Of a DNA stretch of 64,000 bases, positions 54,896 to 64,000 are shown piece by piece. Under the pieces are notes generated by a model. That model saw nothing but the letters and a program-made list of their open reading frames with translations. It made no database searches and was not told the origin of the DNA. The translations under genes and the position numbers were made by a program. Numbering within the stretch: position 1 is the stretch's first letter; each line of letters opens with the position of its first letter. The DNA comes from Eledone cirrhosa (Eukaryota), in contig OZ024743.1 in assembly GCA_964016885.1 (NCBI GenBank), forward strand, positions 203,112,001 through 203,176,000, in the 5' to 3' direction.

Positions 54896-55559
54896 GTTGC
54901 AGAGTGTCAGGGTGGTAATACGTGGATGTTACGCTGAACCGCCACGAGGAAAAGCCAGTTCCAGCGATCCAAAAGCACTTCCCTTCAGTAGATTATCCGA
55001 GATAAATGTTGGTTGTTAGGAGTGGCGGAGTGATAATTTATTAATTAAAAGTTGTTAAGACGGTGTTACCTCAATATAATTGTTTTATTTCATGATATAT
55101 ATATTTCTGTGACACGGTTAAGCATGTGACTTCATCAGATGTTCATGTAATTACTAGCTGCAGTTTTGCAATTATGGGGATATGTAGCTGGTCATATATT
55201 ACTATCTTGTTGTTATGCCAGTAAGTATGGTGAATTAACTCCGTCTTAGCAACTTTTAAATAATATATATATATGTGTGTAATTCTGTATGTATGTATAG
55301 CATAGCATATACATATGAAATGAGTATATGTGCAAGCATATTTGTGTTTGTGCTGTGTATGTATGGATGGAAGAAGGGTTGGGTGGATACATGTGAGAAA
55401 CCAGATGAAGATAAACGTGTTATAATGTTGAGAAAACAATAAGAAGCATTACAACATACTATGGTTAGATTCTAGTGAGATAATATTCAATAATGATAGG
55501 TTATGGCTTATCTTTAGAATAACTACACACACCCACAGAGCAAAAGAATGCGTAAAACT

Positions 55560-55765
<206 letters not shown>

Positions 55766-55769
55766 ATAT

Positions 55770-55970
55770 ATTAGAAAGTGAGGTTTTTTACAAAATGAAA
55801 AAAAAACGAGGTGTCCTACACGAGCGAAAGTATAAGGAAAAAAGATGAAATCGAAAATGCAACTGGAGTATTTTTTTTTAATATATATATTTATTAGGTT
55901 TCTTGACCGGTTTCGCAGTTCTTATGCTTTTCAAAAGTAGAATTGAGATGGAGGGCTTGTGGTCTTTTCC
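55770..55970 (-). mobile_element. Short solo pLTR of PLE family C
   Basis: Matches 15455-15655 in the same orientation; contains the HHR-like motif at 55905-55934. Confidence 0.85.
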
Positions 55971-55984
55971 TTATATATATATAT

Positions 55985-58900
55985 AAAATTTCCTACCTAG
56001 CCATAAGCAATCAAGCATTATGCATGACACTAACCGAAACGCACCTGACAAGCAGTATAGCAGATGCAGAAATACATATACCGAAATACACTGTATTTCG
56101 TCCGGACAGGAAGGAGAGAACTCATAGTGGGGTTGCTCTGTATATCCGTGAAGATGTCACACCAATTGTACTGTTGACACATTTAAACTCAGTCTGTTAC
56201 ACACTGATAGTACATATGAAGCAACTAAAGTAATATGTGTCACATATCGGCCGGCCGAGCCCCCCACCCCCCCACCCCCACCCGCCCCACAGTCATAAGG
56301 TTAAATATGAGGATAGCCTCAGTAGGATAGAAGAGGTCATCGTCAAACTGGGCCAGTGTCTCAACATTCTACTGCTGCGAGACTTCAACCTGCCAACGGT
56401 CAAATGGCCTGAGGGCCACCTCCTCTCTGGAATGACGTCAATAGAACAGAGACAGATGGAGTCCCTGCTGGCCCTCACACGCAGGCTGTTCATGGAACAA
56501 GCAGTACTCCTCCCAACAACTGGCGAAAATGTCCTGGACCTCTGTTTTACAAACAACGAAGTCCTCATTCACAATGTAAAGGTGACACCAACTATTTTCT
56601 CGGATCATAACTTAGTAGAACTAATGATATGTGGTCCGAGAGAACCAACAGAGACACAACCATCAAGAAACACCGGGACGTTATCCAGCCTTAATTTCTA
56701 CAAGGCTAACTGGAAAAAGACAAGAGAGAAATCCGGAAGCAAATATGGAGCGAAAACACCGCCACACGAGACACCAACACACAATTTCAACACTTCATGA
56801 CAACGATACACACTATATGCAAAAAGTTTGTCCCGGAGAAAAAGGCAAACAGACACACAAATCTCATTCCCAGAGATAGGAAAATCCTTATGAGACGTAG
56901 AACCAAGCTCTCAAACCAGTTGAATGCACAAGAAAACAAAAACAAGAAGGAATCCTATTTGAAACGTGCACTTCTTGACACCGAGATTGTACTCAAACTT
57001 TCCCATGAAAATGAGAGGGCAAAGAAAGAAAGCAGGGCCATAGAAAATATTAGAACAAACTCCAAGGCCTTCTTTAAATTTGCAAAAAGAAACTGCTTCG
57101 GTACACTGCAAGATTGGGCCACTCTTCCATACAGACGGTTCATTAACCGAGAATCCCCAAAAGATATGTGAAATACTGAACGAACAGTATAAAAGTGTGT
57201 TCACATATGCACTGAAGCACATGCAAATAACAAAGCCAGAGGAGTTATTTGATGCCACAACACTACATGAAGAAATGGTGACCATCAACCACATAGACAT
57301 AACGGAAGATTATGCGGTATACGCCATAGATGAAATTAGAACAGACTCAGCTGCTGGTCCTGATGGATTCCCAGCAGTCCTCTTAAAAACATGAAAGCGG
57401 ACCTTAGCAACTCCACTGAATACGCTCTTCAGAAGCTTCTTGGCTAGCGGTATACTACACAGGGAGCTAAAAGAAGGCACAATATGTCATATCCATAAAG
57501 AAGGTAGCAGAGCGGAGGCCAAAAACTTTAGGCCAGTCTCCCTGACGTCGCATATCAGTAAGGTCATGGCACGAGTCGTCAGAAAGAAACTGATCACTTT
57601 CCTCGAGGAAAATAACCGCCGGACTAGCACGCAGCATAGCGTCCGCCCAGGTAGAAGCTGCCTTACAAAGCTACTATATAACTACAACTGGGTACTGAAA
57701 TAACTGCTAGACAGCTGACATGTGGACGTGATATATCTTGACTTTGCGAAGGCATTTGACAAGGTCGACCACGGAATGATATGTCACAAACTACACGGAC
57801 TCAGCATAACTAGAAAAGTAGGTGAGTGGCTGCACGACTTCTTAAAGGACAGAAGCCAGACAGTCGCAGCAAACGGGGGCCCTCTCAAAAGAAACATCAA
57901 TAACAAGTGGGGGTGTCCCAAGGTACAGTCCTGGGACCACTACTGTCTTTGGTGGCTCTCACAGACATGCATTCTGTAGTACATACAACAACATCCCTCA
58001 CTAGCTATGCTGATGACACTAAGGTAGCACAAGCAATCAAAAACCCGACTGACGCTGCCCTTTTACAACAAGATCTGGATACCATATACAAATGGGCCGA
58101 AGACAACAACATGCAGTTTAATGCTGGCAAATTCCAAGCCCTACAATACAAACCTGCAAACAAAAATAAAGTACAACACAGTTACGCAGGACCAGGAGGG
58201 ACCGATATCCCCGTGTCAAAATCGATACGAGACCTGGGTATAGACATGAGCGATAATACATATTTTTCCTCACACATCATGAAAGTGGCGACAATGTGCA
58301 GACGACTCGCTGGCTGAATCTTGAGGACTTTCCAGACAAGAGTCCGAGACGCCATGTTGACACTATGGAGGACATTTGTCCTAAGCCGCCTGGACTATTG
58401 CTCCCAGTTGTGTTCACCCCATAGTGTCAAACTAACCACGGAGCTTGAGGCTATCCAGCGAAGCTACACCAAGAGGATTGCCACGATGAAGGAGATACGC
58501 TACTGGGAGAGGCTAAAAGAACTGAACTCCTTGGAAAGAAGACGGGAGAGATACGCTGTGATCTACATGCGGAAAATCCTGGAGGGACTAGCACCAAACT
58601 TTGGTATTGGGAGCTGGACCAACCGTCGAATAGGACGTCACTGTGTGGTGCCAAATGTCCCGTCTTCCACATCTAGAATAAGGAGCAGATATTGCTATAG
58701 CCTGGGGTTCAAGGGCCCTCAACTCTGCAACAAGATGCCGAGGGATCTGAGAGATCTGCATGGTGTGGAGGTGGAAGTCTTCAAGAAACATCTCAACACC
58801 TTGCTATCCAGGATCCCGGATGAACCCACAGCAAGGCACGAGAGAGACCTAAGGGCAGCAACAACAAACTCCCTCTTGTTCCAGTGGCCAACCAATACAG

Positions 58901-58987
58901 GCTGGAGATAAAATGTGTAGCAACAAGGGCGGTGCCCCAGCATTGCTTCAGCCGGATGGCTGGAACGGGTAAAAGAGTAAAAGAGAT
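55985..58987 (+). mobile_element. CR1-group LINE, 5'-truncated, disrupted ORF2 (APE + RT)
   Basis: LTETHL, GVALYIRE, DFNLP, VLDLCFTNN, SDHNLV; AGPDG, NFRPVSLTS, YLDFAKAFDKVDH, GVSQGTVLGPLL, YADDTK, W...NNMQFN..K, SRLDYCSQL, SLERRRER, IPDEP; tail gtaaaagagtaaaagag. Confidence 0.92.
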
Positions 58988-58991
58988 ATAT

Positions 58992-59075
<84 letters not shown>

Positions 59076-59101
59076 GCACTGTATATCTATATATATATAT
59101 A

Positions 59102-59180
59102 CAGGGTGTTCCAACAAAATGTATACAATATTGCCTGTACAGGTAAACAAGGTGTGTACACATCTTTTTGAGACACCCTG
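59102..59180. mobile_element. Tc1/mariner-type MITE (79 bp)
   Basis: 26-bp imperfect TIRs starting cagggtgt / ending acaccctg; TA on both sides. Confidence 0.8.
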
Positions 59181-59420
59181 TATATACGAGATCAATTTTG
59201 CCTTTCACCCATTTGAGGTCGATAAAATAGTACGAGTCTAGTACAGTGGTCGATTCTTCATCTATATCACTTTCTCACTTTCTCTCTCTCACGTTGTATC
59301 TTTCTCTCGAGGAAATCTAATATATTCAGACTTAGAGAAATGGGCTCTGCCGGATCTAAAAAGCCCTAGAAACGCCATCTTTCATAAGTCGCACCTGCTA
59401 CTCCTTCAGACCATCCCATG

Positions 59421-59474
<54 letters not shown>

Positions 59475-59482
<8 letters not shown>

Positions 59483-59878
59483 ATACTTTGGGAGGGTCAT
59501 GTTGCCAATAATAAACACACGCACCAGTTGCTTTCACTTCAATTTATTATATATTTATAAATTTATGAATTTACAAATCTACAAACTTATAAATTTCTGG
59601 TTGGTTGGTTGGTTCCACAACCAGATAGTTGTTTATATATAGTCATAGTCCTTTCGTCACACACTCTATATAAACAACTATCTGGTTGTGGAACCAACCA
59701 ACCAACCAGAAATTTATAAGTTTGTAGATTTGTAAATTTATAAATTTATAAATAAATTGAAGTGAAAGCAACTGGTGCGTGTGTTTCTTATTGGCAACAT
59801 GACCCTCCCAAAGTATAACAATATCGGTTTCAACACACGATTTCAGATAAAGAATCTTGCTAAACAAATTCAGAAACG

Positions 59879-59880
<2 letters not shown>
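59475..59880. repeat. Family K fold-back element, second copy
   Basis: Near-perfect arms ~59475-59638 and ~59667-59823; homologous to 54372-54860. Confidence 0.9.
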
Positions 59881-59917
<37 letters not shown>

Positions 59918-60113
59918 ATATGATATTAAATAAATGGAAACTATATTTATAAAACCATATTTATGGTTTTATAAATATAGTTTCCATTTATTTAATATCA
60001 TAAATATACTCCAAATACTTGTTGAGTGCTTTTATATCAGTTATAAATATTTACTCGTTGTTAACCCAACAATTTAAATATAACTTTCCATATATATATG
60101 ATATATATATATT

Positions 60114-60178
<65 letters not shown>

Positions 60179-60403
60179 AGTTTGTGTGTGTGTGTATGTG
60201 TATAGAATGACATAATATCAACACTTATGTCTAATACATTAAAGATTTATTAATATCTTCGATCGTTGCAAACTCAGTTGTTGCAAGTATAGAGTAGCAA
60301 GTTTTTTTACTTCTGGAAGAAGATATATTTAAGTATTTGCTTTCGGTATTTTATGATGTCTGTTAAAATATATTGTGCTGCATCTTAATATATATATATA
60401 TAT

Positions 60404-60760
60404 ACTAGCAGTGGTCCCGGGCGTTGCACGGGATAAGGTAGTATGGAAGGCCTAATCGTGGAAAAACTGCATGCCTGAACAATATGTAAAGAAAATAAAC
60501 CGAATACTCTGATGGCTGGATAATATTTAAGATTTTCCTCGATGAAGCAGGAAAAATGCTGATTTTAACCTAATGCCGTCCCTAGGGGATCAAGAAAATG
60601 AATTTTTTTTATGTGCATAATATGCCTTGAAATTTCGGGAAAGTTGGCTAGACGTAAGCCTCCAAAAAGCCCTAAGAAGATGATAAAATGAAGATTTTCA
60701 CCTAATGCGGGTGCTAGGCCGTAAAAAAAGTTGGATTTTCTTTGCTCACGGTATGAAGAA
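60404..60760 (-). mobile_element. Helitron-like 3' end
   Basis: Minus strand cccgtgcaacgcccggg hairpin followed by ...gctag-t; internal units are the reverse complement of 63900-63960. Confidence 0.65.
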
Positions 60761-61184
60761 GAGACCGACTAATACATAGTTACAATGCTTATTTCGAAAC
60801 TTCTCCTTAGAATTACTGCGAATTATCAGGACTATCTAAATCGTTCTGAAGCTCCCAACCCGGCAGACCTGATTATAAATACCTTTCCTATCATCGCATT
60901 TCATGTTCTGAGATAGAAGTAAAGTCATATTAGTCTCACAGTTTTCTCTTTGCAGAGTTGAGTTGCTGTCTTCGCGTATATTTGGTAGGAATTAACGTTG
61001 AACATCTTGATATCATATCATGACAATATATCATGTATTGACTTAACAATCCACTACACTCAAACATGTAAGCACAGTAACACATTGCAGACACCACTAA
61101 TAGCATGCCATACACAAATCAACATTACTTACACATTTATTCCAAACGAATGCATATACACATATATTTACATACAAACTGCCA

Positions 61185-61450
61185 GCGCGTATAGTTTAGT
61201 AGGTAGCATGTTTGGATCACGATCATAAGGCCGTGAATTTAGTTCCCGCTGGTCCGTTTTATCCTTAAGGAAGACACTTTATTCATTATTTCACGTTGCT
61301 CCAGTGTAGTCAGCTGTTAAACATGAGGTTTACCTATAATACAATGGGTCAACCTTTTCACCAAATGTGGCACGCCCAATTCCTCTGAGAACTACGTTAA
61401 AGCTACACGTGTCTATGGAATTTGCAGGCATTGGCATGTTAAATTCACGA
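61185..61450 (+). mobile_element. Older tRNA-derived SINE of a second family
   Basis: Degenerate A/B boxes, then tccttaaggaagacacttt...tttcacgttgctccagt...gagaactacgttaa, recalled as an octopus SINE body. Confidence 0.55.
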
Positions 61451-62609
61451 TGTGAGTAATAGAATTCGTTAAACTAAAATCATTGTTTCCCACGTTATCG
61501 GAAACAACCGTAATCCAGCATACATTCCATTCTCACATATATTTGCACACACCCTACAATACACACGTAACTCTTTTCACTCGAAGCCTATAACACATAC
61601 TAAAAGATGTCTTTTCAATTCAGTACATCCTTCTAGACATGTCAGATTTAATTCCTTTACTGCACGCTTGCTCTTTATCGCTAAAAAAACAATTCGCTAC
61701 TCACTTCCTGTCTGTCATTCAATCATGCTGCATCTCTTATCAAAAGTACTGGGGTTATTTTGTTTTTGTTTTTTTTTCATTTAATTTTTAATTTCCGTTT
61801 TCATTTTTTTTCCCGTCTTCGGGGAATGTCCGATACATCGTTTTTGTCATTTTCCCCATTTACTGCGGGATTGCATTAACATTGTGTTCTTTCTGATTCT
61901 CCGTATTTTACCTTTATATATATATATATCTTTACTCATTACGCCTTCCACTCACCACGAATATTATTACCCTAAGAACTCATACTTCTTACCCATATAT
62001 ACTTTTTCTCCCTCATTTCCTTCTATATATTTTTATATTTATTATTTTTTTCCTATTACTTAAAAAAAAATTTCAGTTGACTTATAATCCCCCTACTTTC
62101 TACCATACCCATTACACATACACATCCACCCCCTTATTCTTTACTCGGTTCATTCTTTAACCAGATACTCTTATCTAGTTCTCATCGCAAACCTTTTACA
62201 ACACTTTTTTCCCTTTCCTATTCTTAATAATTGTGTTTATTTTTTATGTGTGTGAGTTTATTTATGTTTATATTATACTTATATATGGTTCTATGTATGT
62301 GTTTACGTATATAGTTGTGTGTATGCGGTTGTATATATGCTTTTGTTTTTGTCTGTATAGTATTACGTATGGTTTTGTATGCGTGTATTGATTTCTTATT
62401 ACGTGCGAGTGCGCACACGCATGTATACGTTTGTACGTAGGCTTTGTACCAACACTCTTTTTTGTAGGGTTTATGTGTGTGTTAGTATATTTGGTTGTAT
62501 GCATGTTTTTATATACGTGTGTATGCGTGTGTATCTGTATGTGTATATGTATTTTTGCACGCATGTGTATGTGTATGTGGATATGTACGTATGTTTATTT
62601 TTATATGTT

Positions 62610-62662
<53 letters not shown>

Positions 62663-62901
62663 TATTAATATATGTAGAAATAAACACAGTAAATTCTGAG
62701 TCTAAAATTACGAGGGTAGATTATACCACAAATGTTTTATATATTTAAACTGAAGCATACAGTAAGATACAAGATTTCATATACAGACCGTATCAATATT
62801 TCTACATATATTAATATTATAATGCTTAATATTTATATTTTGAGTTTGTTAATTGCAGGGTATCAATATGAGTTAATAACTCTATATTTTATTTGTATTT
62901 G

Positions 62902-62954
<53 letters not shown>

Positions 62955-62956
62955 CA

Positions 62957-62993
<37 letters not shown>

Positions 62994-63101
62994 GTGTGTC
63001 GGTATATATGTATATACAGATACATTTGTGTATGTGTTTTTATACGTGTGTATGAGTATTTGTGCATGTTTCTGTGTGTGTATGTATGTATGTGTGTATA
63101 C

Positions 63102-63135
<34 letters not shown>

Positions 63136-63467
63136 TTTATATACATATATATTTATGTATATGCACACCTCATGTATTTGTTTATTTGTATTTGTTTTTT
63201 ATTTCCCAACCCCACCGACCCCATCCTCTCCCCTCCTCTCACTTATCGTTGTCAACACGTATCGTTTATTTTTGACTTTGTATTTTTTGTTCTTATTCAT
63301 TTATTTATTGATTCTTATTACTTCATGTATTTATATGCGTGTTTATATATTTATTGTTTTTATATTTACATATGTATTTTTTCTTTTTTCTTTATTTTCT
63401 CTTCTTCTTCCTCCGTTGTTTCCTCAGCCTCACTTTCATATTTCATATATTTTGTTTTCAAGTCCAT

Positions 63468-64000
63468 GTATATATATAAAACTAAGGATGTCTGTCTGTA
63501 TGTGTGTGAGTTCGAATCCCTAAAACTCGAGAAGCACCAAACCGACTGTTTTCAAACTTTACACATGTAATACTTACGTTTCAGGGAGTGTTCTGAGCAA
63601 ACAAAATTTCAAATTTTCAATATCCGTAGGACCGCATTAGGCGATTCAGCGATCTCTCTCTATAATTCTTAGTCTTTCTCTTTTTAGATAGATACATACA
63701 TATAACGTCGCACCTTTATAGTATATGTCTGTATGTCTGACTACCTGCATTACGTCACTTCCTCGAGGATGTCTGTCAGTCTGTCTGTGTGTGTGTGGGG
63801 GGGGGGGGGGCGTCTGTGAGTTTGAATCCCTAAAACTTGAGAAGTACCCAAGCGATTCTTTTCAAACGTTACATGTGTATTACTTATGTTTCAGGGAGTG
63901 TTATGCACACAAAAAGATGCAACTTTTTGATTTCTTAGGGCCCGCATTAGGTGAAAAACTGCGTTTTTTAAGCTTTTTATGGGTTTTTTGAGGCGTTACG
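63468..64000 (+). mobile_element. Helitron-like non-autonomous element, 5' part, with internal tandem unit
   Basis: tatatatataaaactaag..tgtctgtctgt..aaactcgagaa..caaactttacaca start; unit repeated at ~63485-63645 and ~63765-63955; shares sequence with 60560-60750. Confidence 0.6.

Overview
Very AT-rich, microsatellite-saturated eukaryotic DNA, most likely an octopus or other coleoid cephalopod genome (inferred from SINE families and (TA)n/(CA)n density). Almost all ORFs in the supplied track are microsatellite artefacts. The only host coding sequence I recognise is one 171-nt phase 0-0 exon (20027-20197, +) of a GABA-B-type class C GPCR, so much of the window is probably intronic. The rest is decayed mobile DNA: six Penelope-like elements (PLEs; RT + GIY-YIG), a near-full-length R4/Dong-type REL retrotransposon sitting in (CATA)n, CR1-, L1/Tx1- and RTE-type LINE fragments, tRNA-derived SINEs, hAT and mariner MITEs, and Helitron-like ends. 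The most striking unannotated signal is more than 20 hammerhead-ribozyme (HHR) motifs from about a dozen unrelated short repeat families. Many have a compensated U3:A8 core instead of C3:G8, some have long stem-II inserts or U4C, most lie in (TA)n tracts, and many are arranged as fold-back inverted pairs. All structures and coordinates were derived by eye; repeat boundaries are approximate.
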